Shown piece after piece: positions 45,024 to 53,983 of a DNA stretch of 58,043 nucleotides; the first letter of the stretch is position 1, and every line of letters begins with the position of its first letter. The DNA lies in the NCBI GenBank assembly GCA_035999925.1, contig DASYGI010000331.1, forward strand, positions 1 to 58,043, in the 5' to 3' direction. The stretch comes from Pedococcus sp. (lineage in GTDB: Bacteria; Actinomycetota; Actinomycetes; Actinomycetales; Dermatophilaceae). Below the pieces are notes generated by a model that searched no databases, had not been told where the DNA came from, and worked only from the letters and a program-made list of their open reading frames with translations. The translations under genes were made by a program, and so were the position numbers.

Positions 45024-45779
45024 TCAGCTGAGGGCGCGCAGCCAGGCTTGGTCGTGGCGGGCGATGAAGGCAGCGGCACGATCCCAGTGTTCGCCATGCC
45101 CGTCGACGTACATCGAGCCCCACGGTTCCCGTCCAGCCTTATGCGAGGCGCTCAGAAGGTCGTGCATGGCGCGAGCGCGCCGCGCCATCGTGGTCGGCAG
45201 CGCCGCCCGGACTGGATCGTCGGGGTCATAGCCGTCTACGAAGGCGGCGAGCCGGTCCGCGGCCGCGTCGACATCCTCGCCGGCGAACAGATGGCCGAAC
45301 GAGATCGCGGCGTAGGCAAGATCCCACAGCCGCGTGCTGGGGCCGGCGCCATCCCAGTCGATGACCACCAACCGATCCCCGTCGATGACCAGGTTCCACG
45401 TCGCGAGGTCGTTGTGGCACAACAGGTTCGGTCGGTCTGCGGGTAGGAGCACCGCCCACCTCGGGGGGAGGGGCAACCCCTCGCTGGCGTCATGGATCCC
45501 GCGAACTACAGCACCTACCCGGCGAAGGAGCGCGGCGTCCAGCGGACCGCGGTTCATGGCGAGGTCGCCTGGGACGTACTCGAGTACCAGGCGACCGAGG
45601 TGGTCACGCCCCCGCGGCTCGGGCAGGTCGACGCCCCGGTCTCGAAGTGCGCGCATGTATGCCGCGGTGAGGTCTGTCGTGGGCAGCCATGGTTTGCGAA
45701 CGGTGTCCCTGATCCGCACCACACGCGCCGACGCGTTCCCACCCGTCAGCGCCTCCTCGCCGTCGTCCGTAGGGCTCAC
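45024..45779 (-). CDS. Aminoglycoside phosphotransferase/choline kinase-fold protein
   Basis: LTGGN, TVRKP, CHNDLATWN, IDWD, WDLAY. Confidence 0.88.
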   Translation of the reverse strand: MSPTDDGEEALTGGNASARVVRIRDTVRKPWLPTTDLTAAYMRALRDRGVDLPEPRGRDHLGRLVLEYVPGDLAMNRGPLDAALLRRVGAVVRGIHDASEGLPLPPRWAVLLPADRPNLLCHNDLATWNLVIDGDRLVVIDWDGAGPSTRLWDLAYAAISFGHLFAGEDVDAAADRLAAFVDGYDPDDPVRAALPTTMARRARAMHDLLSASHKAGREPWGSMYVDGHGEHWDRAAAFIARHDQAWLRALS

Positions 45780-45822
45780 CGAGGCAACGTAGCCGTTTCA
45801 GTCGGGTCCTCGTCGGTGTGGG

Positions 45823-46260
45823 TCAACCGATGCGGTCTGCCAGCGAGACGATGATGCCCTCCGGCCCCCGGACGTATGCCATGCGCCAGGCGCCCTCGTA
45901 CTCGCCGATGCCCCCGACCAGTCCGTAGCCCTCGCTGGCCGCCCAGTCGACAGCCGCTTGCAAGTCGTTGACCTCGAAGGAGACATTGCGCAGTCCCAGC
46001 TCGTTGGCCATCGCGGTCGGTGAACCAGGAGTGGAATCGGGTCGCACGAAGCTCGCGAGCTCCAACCGGGCACCATCGGGCGACTTCAGCATGACGATCT
46101 CGGTTCGGGAGTCAGGAATGCCGCAGACGGTATCCAAGAACTCGCCCTCGACGAACGTCCTGCCCTCCACCTCGAGGCCTAGGGCCACGAAGAAAGCGGT
46201 GACGACATCGAGCTGTTCGACCGTGATTCCGACGTGGTCGAAGCGTCGTACGTGTGACAT
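45823..46260 (-). CDS. VOC/glyoxalase family protein
   Basis: FDHVGITV..L...FF..LG; YVRGPEGIIV. Confidence 0.9.
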   Translation of the reverse strand: MSHVRRFDHVGITVEQLDVVTAFFVALGLEVEGRTFVEGEFLDTVCGIPDSRTEIVMLKSPDGARLELASFVRPDSTPGSPTAMANELGLRNVSFEVNDLQAAVDWAASEGYGLVGGIGEYEGAWRMAYVRGPEGIIVSLADRIG

Positions 46261-46324
46261 GGGTTCTCCTGTCGTCGTGCAGGCCGTGCGACGGCCACGG
46301 CGGGCGCCCGAGATCGGGAGCTGG

Positions 46325-46876
46325 TCAGTTCAGCGTGTCGACGAGCGAGCGGTAGGTCTGCTCGATCTGGCCCTCGCTGCTCTTGATCACGACAGCATGT
46401 GGCCGCTCGGCCACGAGACGCTCAAGCGCCGAATGGTTGTCCGCAAGCACTGCGTCACCCCCAAGGTCGGCCACGATCGTCCGCACGTGATCGTGCCAGG
46501 GATCCTGCGAGTCGGACTGACCCCGCCGATGGAATCGCGCCACCGAGGCCGTCCGGTTATCCATCAGCATGCGCTCGATGAACTGTGCCCCCGCGTTGGT
46601 GGCGGACTCTTCAAAACGGGCCAGCTCGACCGGGTTGAACAACATCTGTGGGAAGACGACATCGTGACCACTGCGAAGGTAGGCCTCGATCATCGCCAAT
46701 GCTGCGGGCCGGATGAGGGCGCCGGCCTGAGCGAAATCGTCCTGCCACCCGCCGATGAGGGTTCGGAGCACGTCGACATCGCAGTTGAGCACGCCCGGAT
46801 GTGCGTCGACGAACATCCTTGCGAGGGTGGACTTGCCGATCCCGGGGGGTCCGTTGAGGTGGATGAGGCGACTCAT
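46325..46876 (-). CDS. P-loop NTPase/kinase (AAA-like)
   Basis: LIHLNGPPGIGKSTLA Walker A. Confidence 0.85.
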   Translation of the reverse strand: MSRLIHLNGPPGIGKSTLARMFVDAHPGVLNCDVDVLRTLIGGWQDDFAQAGALIRPAALAMIEAYLRSGHDVVFPQMLFNPVELARFEESATNAGAQFIERMLMDNRTASVARFHRRGQSDSQDPWHDHVRTIVADLGGDAVLADNHSALERLVAERPHAVVIKSSEGQIEQTYRSLVDTLN

Positions 46877-46984
46877 GACCCCTGACCATAGCGACCGCCT
46901 GCGGTGCCCAGCGGGCCCGATGAACCACCCGTCGACACCTTCAGCGGCGCGGCGCGATCCGACGCCGCCCGGTGAGCGTTCAGG

Positions 46985-48469
46985 TCACACCCGCGAGCTT
47001 GCAGCCTTCTCCTTCGCCTCCTTGGCGGCGGCTGCCTTCTCCTTAGCTGCCTTCTCCTTAGCTGCCTTCTCCTTGGCAGCCTTCTTCGCGGCGGCAGCCT
47101 TCTTGGCTTTGGCAGCCTTCTCCCTGGCTGCCTTCTCCTTAGCGGCAGCCGCCTTGGCCCGGGCGGACGCTTGTGCCTTCTCGCGAGCCTCGACGGCCCG
47201 ACTCTCACGGTGTCCGGTGCTGGTCGGGACGTGGTCCCGGCCGTCGGTGCTGCCGGAACTGGTTTGCGTGCCGCCGCCACCAGCACCCGTGCTCGGACCC
47301 GGGGGCGGGGCGCTGGGCTTCGGGGGAGGGCTGGGTTGAGCCGGGGTGGTCGGTGCTGACGGCGTCGGCGAGAAGGTCAGCACTGCTGGCTCCACCACGA
47401 GCTGCGTCGCGGTGGAGGTACCGACGGCTGACACGGAGATGACCACAGCATTGGTCGCGGGCGTCGTTCCCACGGGCTGGGTGGCGGGCCCGACCGGGAC
47501 TGGCGTGCCCGACTTCCGAACGGACTGCTGGGACCTGGCCCCCGGACCGCTACCGGTTGGAGTCGGCGAGCCACCGGGTTGAACCGGTCCGTGCGCGACG
47601 ACCGTGGGTCCGTTGCCCCCGTTGCCAAAGAGGTTGTGGATGACGGCGGGGACTACGCCGATCATGGCTACCGCCGCCGCAACGCCCCCCACTGCGAGGG
47701 TCCACGCAGCGGCCCCGACGCCGGCCCGCGCCCACAGGGAGGAGCCGGCGGTGTTGGCGCCGCGGCGCAGCACCACGGTCGAGGTGCCAACAGCCGGGGA
47801 CTGCCAGCCAAGCAGGTCCACGACGGAGGCCTTGTCCTCGACGGGGGCCGTGGTGACCAGCTGCGGTGGCGCGTGCGACTGCCTTGCGAACATCGGCAGC
47901 ACCGCCGGGAGGTCACCGAGCTCGGTGGGGCTGCCGGGCGTCTGCATCGCGGCGATGAGGTCCGCAAGAGGCATGGCCAGTCGGGTCTGGCCGGCGACAA
48001 CCAGCGCGAGCACCTCGACCGGCGACTGTCCGGTGATCCGTGCGATCGAGTCCCGTCCCAGTCCGGCCACGACGCCCATCGCCAGCACCTCGGCGACCTG
48101 GGGCGGGCAGGACCTCAGGGCCGCGACTGCCTCGTCGACCGGGTCGGGCGTCGGGGTGGGCTCGCGCAACAGGCTGACCTCGGTGGCCATGGGGGCCGCC
48201 GCGCTGGCGCTCGCGCGGGCGGTGCCGACGGCGAGCTCGAGCCAGTCGTCGTCATCGTCCGCGACGTGGACCGAAAGGTCGTCGAGCAATGTCGACCAGG
48301 TGGTCAACGCCAGCGTCGCCGGGTCGGCGTCCGAGACCACCCGCAGATAGCGAACAAGGACAGGATTGGTCACTGTGTAGAGGGATGAGAAGGACTCCTC
48401 ATCGCCACCTTGGACGCCGAGGAGGAGAGTGACCATTTCCCCCGACACGTCCCCATTTTCGCGCGACAT
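46985..48469 (-). CDS. Degenerate ECF sigma-like domains fused to anti-sigma-like segment, TM helix, Pro/Thr-rich region and Lys/Ala tail
   Basis: QGGDEESFSSLY...PVLVRYLRV (sigma2-like); LRSCPPQVAEVLAMGVVAGL..SIARITG (sigma4-like); one TM; AAKEK repeats; start uncertain. Confidence 0.65.
   Translation of the reverse strand: MSRENGDVSGEMVTLLLGVQGGDEESFSSLYTVTNPVLVRYLRVVSDADPATLALTTWSTLLDDLSVHVADDDDDWLELAVGTARASASAAAPMATEVSLLREPTPTPDPVDEAVAALRSCPPQVAEVLAMGVVAGLGRDSIARITGQSPVEVLALVVAGQTRLAMPLADLIAAMQTPGSPTELGDLPAVLPMFARQSHAPPQLVTTAPVEDKASVVDLLGWQSPAVGTSTVVLRRGANTAGSSLWARAGVGAAAWTLAVGGVAAAVAMIGVVPAVIHNLFGNGGNGPTVVAHGPVQPGGSPTPTGSGPGARSQQSVRKSGTPVPVGPATQPVGTTPATNAVVISVSAVGTSTATQLVVEPAVLTFSPTPSAPTTPAQPSPPPKPSAPPPGPSTGAGGGGTQTSSGSTDGRDHVPTSTGHRESRAVEAREKAQASARAKAAAAKEKAAREKAAKAKKAAAAKKAAKEKAAKEKAAKEKAAAAKEAKEKAASSRV
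47031..47075. repeat. 15-bp coding tandem repeat (AAKEK)
   Basis: GCTGCCTTCTCCTTA three times (last base differs in the third), with degenerate copies across 47001-47160. Confidence 0.9.
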
Positions 48470-48584
48470 CGGCGCGGTCGCCTCAGCCGTTCGGCCGATG
48501 GAAGAATCATCCAGAACATGGGTCACCCAGACACCCCGTGCACGAGTTCGGCTAGGCCCAAGAGGCCACCCACCCCGCGTCGAC

Positions 48585-49733
48585 CTACTGGGCCCCCGGT
48601 GTTTCGCGGCGCGGAGGCGGGGCGCCGGCCTTACGCAGAGCGGGTCGGCGAGGGGGAATGGGCTCGGATGGCCAGCGACGCCCGCCTGTCCACAAGGCGG
48701 GAGTCGCGTCGAGCTCGCGGGCCAGCAGCAGGGCAGTGACGTCGTAGTTGACACGCCAGCCGCGGAAGTTCGGCCATGCGACGTCGTCCGTCACCTCGAT
48801 CGGGTAGTCGAGCTGGCGCAGCATTGCCGTGGCTGCGCAGAACTCGTCGTATGACACGGAGATCGGCGCGTCGGGGTCGGGTCCCGGTGGCACCGGCAGG
48901 CGCATTGCCCTGGCGATGCGGTCCAGCGTCTCGAAGCCCATGCGCAGCGCGAGGCGCGCTGTGATCTTGGGCTCGGCCGATGGTGTCAGCGACAGGTGCA
49001 GCGCGGCGGCGTCGAGCACTGCCACCAGGGAGGTCAGCCAGTCGGAGAAGGGCTGGGGCGAGCGAAGCCGGGCGAGCGTGAAGTAGGTGGTGTGCGACTC
49101 GGCCACTTCGGCGGCCCAGCTCTCCCAGGAGCTGAAGAGCTCGTCCAGGACTGGCCGCGTGTCACCGTCGAAGATGCCCCATCTGGTCCTCGCCAGGATC
49201 TCCGGGCCCCAGGCGGGGGAGCCGGCCCGTGCCGCGAGCAGGCTCACCGCCGTCTCCCGTCGGTTGAACGCGGCATACAGGGTCGGCAGGTACCCGACCT
49301 GGAGGCCGACCACGACTAGCCCGGTGAACGCCGCCAGGTACTCCAGGGCAGCGCTGGCGCGCCCGGTTGGCGCGGCATACCCAAGGGTGAACAGGGACGA
49401 CCCGGCTTCAGAGAACGCGCGCCCCGGGGAGCCGAGCACGGCCGGCAGCAGAACGAGCCCGAAGCCGACGGCGAGCAGCGTCAGCCAGACAAGCAGGCGC
49501 ACGAGCAGGGCGATGGGGGCCTGCCAGGCCAGCACCCGGTCCCTGGTCTCGTACGTGACGCCGCGAGGAATGATCGTCCGGAACGTGCCGTCCACGAGGT
49601 GCTCACACACCCGGGAGATCCGGGAGTCGACGCGTCGTGGCACGACAAGCGTGCCAATCACGCTGCCGAGCGTGCCCGTCACCAGGACGAGGCCTGCGAT
49701 GCACCCGATCCATGCCGCCACCACGAGGCCCAT
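48585..49733 (-). CDS. Membrane protein with K+-channel-like pore segment
   Basis: TM - AFSEAGSSLFTLGYA - TM; YLPTLYAAFNRRE; ESHTTY..L. Confidence 0.7.
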   Translation of the reverse strand: MGLVVAAWIGCIAGLVLVTGTLGSVIGTLVVPRRVDSRISRVCEHLVDGTFRTIIPRGVTYETRDRVLAWQAPIALLVRLLVWLTLLAVGFGLVLLPAVLGSPGRAFSEAGSSLFTLGYAAPTGRASAALEYLAAFTGLVVVGLQVGYLPTLYAAFNRRETAVSLLAARAGSPAWGPEILARTRWGIFDGDTRPVLDELFSSWESWAAEVAESHTTYFTLARLRSPQPFSDWLTSLVAVLDAAALHLSLTPSAEPKITARLALRMGFETLDRIARAMRLPVPPGPDPDAPISVSYDEFCAATAMLRQLDYPIEVTDDVAWPNFRGWRVNYDVTALLLARELDATPALWTGGRRWPSEPIPPRRPALRKAGAPPPRRETPGAQ

Positions 49734-50006
49734 TCAACCGCGCACGAACCTGCGGATGCGGCAGCGTCCAGGAACGCGTCGGCGCGGCCTCAACCGAAGC
49801 GGGCGCCTCCGCAAAGGCGACGTCTTGTTGCCAAGGCAACGCCCCCGTCGCACTGCGGGGGCGTTGTCTGTGCAGTACGCACTCGAGCCCACACCCACAT
49901 GCGCCCCTCTGGCGCGAGCGACTGCCCTGCAACCGTCATATCGTCCGGCGCCGAGTAGGCCTGCCGCAATAGCCCGACCGAGCCATTCGGCGGTTACAGT
50001 GTGGCT

Positions 50007-50136
50007 GGCTGCCCCGGACCACGGTTGCGACCCTCTGGGGCACCATTGCGCATTACCCGGGGGTTCGCCGCTTCCGAGGGCAGGTCAACAGGCGCGCCCC
50101 CTCCCTGCGTCCCCCGCAAGGTCGAGGGGGCGCGCC
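50007..50136 (+). ncRNA. Candidate structured small RNA ending in a C-loop hairpin
   Basis: TACAGT -10-like at 49995-50000; stem 50010-50018/50034-50042; GG-TTCG-CC; 13-bp terminal stem 50091-50103/50124-50136. Confidence 0.4.
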
Positions 50137-50151
50137 CATGACGCGCAACCG

Positions 50152-50586
50152 TCAGTCGAGATCGAACTCGTTGCCCTCGACGTCCTGCATGACGAGGCAG
50201 GACTCGTTGAAGCCATCGGCGCGCAGGAGTCGCACCCGCACCGCGCCGAGGGCCACCAGGCGTTCGCACTCGGCCTCAAGGGCGGCCACGCGTTGGTCGC
50301 CGACGAGGCCGGTGCCGACCCGCACGTCAAGATGCACTCGATTCTTGACGACCTTGCCTTCGGGAACCCTTTGGAAGAACAGCCGCGGGCCCACCCCCGA
50401 GGGGTCGACGCAGGCGAACGCGGAACCCTGTCTCTCAGGTGGCAGCGTGCGATCGAAATCTCCCCACGTGGCAAACCCCGGTGGGGGCGGCGGCACGACG
50501 TACCCCAACACCTCACACCAGAAGCGAGCGACCCGCTCAGGTTCCGCGCAGTCGAAGGTGACCTGGACCTGCTTGACCGACGTCAT
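50152..50586 (-). CDS. VOC/glyoxalase-like protein
   Basis: QVTFDCAEP..VARFW; FQRVPEGKVVKNRVHLDV; MQDVEGNEF. Confidence 0.9.
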   Translation of the reverse strand: MTSVKQVQVTFDCAEPERVARFWCEVLGYVVPPPPPGFATWGDFDRTLPPERQGSAFACVDPSGVGPRLFFQRVPEGKVVKNRVHLDVRVGTGLVGDQRVAALEAECERLVALGAVRVRLLRADGFNESCLVMQDVEGNEFDLD

Positions 50587-51092
50587 GATTCCACCTTAGG
50601 GGCGCGCCCTTGGATGGCTCCGAGCTCGGCCGCGATCCGTTGACGAAGGGTGTCGTGCCGGGGTGCCAGGGCCGCGTCGGGCCCGTAGAAGTCGTTCGGG
50701 TCGTAGAGCCAGACCGGCCGACCGACGTGATCCGCCGGTTCCCAGTCGTAGCGGGCAAAGACGTGGGCGTGCAGGTAGGCGTCGGTGTTGCCCAGGATCT
50801 CGTAGTTCAAGCGCCGAAACTGCGGGTCGAGCGAGCGGCACGCGGTCTCGACCGCCTGGCCCAGCACCTCCATGCTCTCCAGAAACTCCCGTCGCGCCGC
50901 CTTGGGCAGGTCGCTCAGCTGGTCGACGCTCGGATCGTCGACCAACAGGACGCAGTAGCCAGGGAGGAACTGGGCGTCACCAATGACCGCGTAGGACCGT
51001 GGCATTCGGGCGAGCACCGTGGGGTTGGTGCCTGCTCTGGCGGCCCCGATGCGATCCCGCTTCCATGCCTCAGGGTCGGTCACGGTGGCCAT
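50583..51092 (-). CDS. HIT-family hydrolase
   Basis: QFLPGYCVLL; NYEILGNTDAYLHAHVFAR; ATGA overlap with the VOC gene. Confidence 0.85.
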   Translation of the reverse strand: MATVTDPEAWKRDRIGAARAGTNPTVLARMPRSYAVIGDAQFLPGYCVLLVDDPSVDQLSDLPKAARREFLESMEVLGQAVETACRSLDPQFRRLNYEILGNTDAYLHAHVFARYDWEPADHVGRPVWLYDPNDFYGPDAALAPRHDTLRQRIAAELGAIQGRAPKVES

Positions 51093-51363
51093 CCAACACG
51101 ATCGCGATGGGATGCGTGCGCGCTCGGGCCCAGGAATGTGCGGCCGCGGTACCCGTCGTCGCGGTGAACCACGTAGGCTTGTCTCGTGTCCCGGCGTTTG
51201 GTGGGGACACTCAGCGACAAATGGGGCCAGGGGTTGGTCCCCGGTCCGCGTCCGCTCAGTCGGGTATGCCGTCTCTGCCGGCGCCGCGGTCGTGTCGCCT
51301 CAAGCACGGTGCACCCAGCGCCGACTTCGGCTCTACGCCGTGTCCGACAGGAGAAGGAACCGC

Positions 51364-53481
51364 TTGGCACAGCCAGCACCGCGCCGTTCCGGCGCGCCGC
51401 ACACCCCGCAGCGCGACCGGCGTCGTCCGCGCGCCCGTGACGATGAAGGCATCATCCCGGTCCTGGCCAAGACCGTCCGGCAGGTCGAGGCCGCCGCGCA
51501 GCGCGGCCATGTCGGGCCGAGTGGGCGCACGGCATACCAGGTTGTCGCCTTCCTCCTGCGTGAGGAGCGCGCCCGGGTCAAGGGGGACACCTCCATGCCT
51601 GAGCACCAACGGGCCGCGATGCTGACCCGCCTCGACGGCATCGCCACGATCCTGGCCAAGACAGCCGCCCGTGACACTTCGTTGCTCGCGTTGCTCGCCG
51701 AAGACGCCGTCCTGACGTCCTCCGCGGTGACCCTCAAGAACGACATGCTTCGAGCGGGCGGGTACGAGCCTGCGACAGAACCGGAGCCGGAGACCGTCCC
51801 CGAAGCTGCCCCCGCGAGTCGGCAGGTGGTCCCGCAGACCGTCATCGCCAGGCAGCTGGCCAATCCCTTCCTGGCGCCGGACTTCTCGGCGGTACCGGCA
51901 CGCCGCCCGACCACCAACCGGCTCGGGGGGTGGGAGCTGCTGACTCCCTTGTTCCGCGCGTTCGAGTACGGCGGCGACGCCACCAGCATGCCGCTGCCGG
52001 AGCCGGGAGAGCTCCCGCACGGCATCCGAGGGCTGGAGCTCATGAACCACCAGGCCCAGGTCGTCGCGGCAGCCGCAGCCGGGCATCGCACCTTCCTCCT
52101 CGCAGACGAGCCGGGCCTCGGCAAGACCGCCCAGGCTCTGCTCGCTGCGGAGGCAGCGGACGCCTTCCCGCTGCTCGTGGCCGTCCCGAACGTCGTCAAG
52201 GCGAACTGGGCCCACGAGGCTGAGCTGTGGACACCTCGCCGTGTCCCGACCGTCATCCACGGCGACGGCAAGACCATCGACGGCTTCGCCGACATCGTCA
52301 TCGTCAACTACGAGATCCTCGACCGGCACGTTGGTTGGTTGGGCGACCACGGGTTCCGCGGGATGGTCGTCGACGAGGCGCATTTCATCAAGAACAAGTC
52401 CTCGCAACGCTCGCAGCACGTCCTGGAGCTGTCCGAACGCATCCGGGCCCGACGCGCCAACCCTCTGCTCATGGCTCTGACCGGCACGCCGCTCATCAAC
52501 GACATCGAGGACTTCAGGGCCATCTGGCAGTTCCTCGGCTGGATCGACGACACCAAGCCCCGGCACGCGCTCATGGCCGCACTCGAGGAGAACGGTCTGT
52601 CGCCCGCCGACTCCGGGTTCTACCGGGCGGCGCGCACCAGCGTCATCGACCTCGGCATCGTCCGACGGCGCAAGGTCGACGTCGCCTCGGACATCCCGGC
52701 CCGACGTGTTGCCGACCTCCCGGTCGAGCTCGACAACGAAGCCGGTCGCTCGATCCGGGCCGCGGAGCAGGAACTGGCCCGCCGCCTGGTCGCCCGCTAC
52801 GAGTCAGCCTTGGCCGCTCGCAAGGTGAGCACTGTGGTGGACGGCATCGACCACGAGCTCGTGCGCCGGGTGGCAGCGTGGGAGCGGGAGGACTCCGGCT
52901 CGGGCAAGACTGGCGACAACGTGTTCACCGTGATGCGCAAGATCGGTCAGGCCAAAGCCGGCCTCGCGGCCGACTATGCCGCCCAGCTCGCCCGCAACGT
53001 CGGCAAGGTGGTCTTCTTCGCCAAGCACATCGACGTCATGGATGCCGCCGAGGAGCTCTTTGCCAAGCGGGGGATCGGGTACGCCTCCATCCGTGGCGAC
53101 CAGACCCCGAAGGTGCGCAAGGCCAACATCGAGGCGTTCCTCACCGACCCGGACATCGCCGTCGTGGTCTGCTCGTTGAGTGCCGCCGGCGTCGGCCTCA
53201 ACCTCCAGGTCGCCTCGAACGTCGTGTTGGCGGAGCTGTCGTGGACTGCAGCGGAACAGACGCAGGCCATCGACCGCGTGCACCGCATCGGTCAGACCGA
53301 GCCGGTGACCGCCTGGCGGATCATCGCCGCGCAGACCATCGACCCCAGGATCGCCCAGCTCATCGATGACAAGGCCGGGCTCTCGGCCCGCGCCCTGGAC
53401 GGCTCAGACGAAGAGGTCGGATCCTCTGCCGACCTGCAGCTCGAGGCCCTCGTCTCCCTGCTCACCGATGCGTTGGCCTGA
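51364..53481 (+). CDS. SNF2-family (DEAH) helicase/ATPase
   Basis: LADEPGLGKT, DEAH, LTGTP, GVGLNL, QAIDRVHRIGQ; GGAGAAGG before TTG 51364. Confidence 0.93.
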   Translation: MAQPAPRRSGAPHTPQRDRRRPRARDDEGIIPVLAKTVRQVEAAAQRGHVGPSGRTAYQVVAFLLREERARVKGDTSMPEHQRAAMLTRLDGIATILAKTAARDTSLLALLAEDAVLTSSAVTLKNDMLRAGGYEPATEPEPETVPEAAPASRQVVPQTVIARQLANPFLAPDFSAVPARRPTTNRLGGWELLTPLFRAFEYGGDATSMPLPEPGELPHGIRGLELMNHQAQVVAAAAAGHRTFLLADEPGLGKTAQALLAAEAADAFPLLVAVPNVVKANWAHEAELWTPRRVPTVIHGDGKTIDGFADIVIVNYEILDRHVGWLGDHGFRGMVVDEAHFIKNKSSQRSQHVLELSERIRARRANPLLMALTGTPLINDIEDFRAIWQFLGWIDDTKPRHALMAALEENGLSPADSGFYRAARTSVIDLGIVRRRKVDVASDIPARRVADLPVELDNEAGRSIRAAEQELARRLVARYESALAARKVSTVVDGIDHELVRRVAAWEREDSGSGKTGDNVFTVMRKIGQAKAGLAADYAAQLARNVGKVVFFAKHIDVMDAAEELFAKRGIGYASIRGDQTPKVRKANIEAFLTDPDIAVVVCSLSAAGVGLNLQVASNVVLAELSWTAAEQTQAIDRVHRIGQTEPVTAWRIIAAQTIDPRIAQLIDDKAGLSARALDGSDEEVGSSADLQLEALVSLLTDALA

Positions 53482-53483
53482 GG

Positions 53484-53921
53484 TCAGCGACTCTCCGCCC
53501 TGCGCAACACCGACTGGAACTGCTTGCCCAGTGCGCGCGGCCCTACGATGGGGATCAGGGCGGCGATGAGCTTTCCGGTGAACGAGTTCGGCATCCGGGT
53601 CAGCGAGACGTGCAGGTCAGTGCCCTCCCCCTGAGGCGCGAGCTCATACCGCCAGCCGCTGCCCGGTCCCCACAGGTTTGACTCGAGGGTGTCGATCGTG
53701 ACAGTGCCTGAGGCGACGTCCCATGAGTACCGTTCCCGCTCCCAGCCCATGCCAGTGCCCTCAGTGACTTCCGCCCAGTCCGGGCCCTGGGCGTGGACTC
53801 TGAAGTGCGCATCGTCGACATTCGGCCACCACCGGGAGCGGTCGGGGCCGAAGTCGGTGATCACGGCCATCACGTCGCGCGGCGACAAGCTCGTGTGGAC
53901 GGTGAAGCTCGTGGTCGCCAT
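53484..53921 (-). CDS. SRPBCC/START-like protein
   Basis: TDFGPDR..WWPN...AEVTEG...WERERYSW...SNLW..GSGW. Confidence 0.75.
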   Translation of the reverse strand: MATTSFTVHTSLSPRDVMAVITDFGPDRSRWWPNVDDAHFRVHAQGPDWAEVTEGTGMGWERERYSWDVASGTVTIDTLESNLWGPGSGWRYELAPQGEGTDLHVSLTRMPNSFTGKLIAALIPIVGPRALGKQFQSVLRRAESR

Positions 53922-53935
53922 GGGCATGCCCCTCT

Positions 53936-53983
53936 TCACGTGACCTCGGCCCCAGTTGACCTAGGCCCTCACTTGACCTCGGC
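53936..53983. repeat. Imperfect triplication of the ABC-permease 3' end
   Basis: TCACGTGACCTCGGC (53936), CCAGTTGACCTAGGC (53952), TCACTTGACCTCGGC (53969). Confidence 0.7.

Noticed and set aside
45024-45779. Aminoglycoside resistance gene
   Set aside because: Only generic kinase-fold motifs; substrate cannot be inferred
49087-50643. Long antisense or alternate-frame ORFs such as this 518-aa one
   Set aside because: Arg/Pro/Ala-rich shadows typical of high-GC DNA, overlapping better-supported genes
51364-53481. SNF2 helicase as an anti-phage system
   Set aside because: No neighbouring methylase, nuclease or other defence partner
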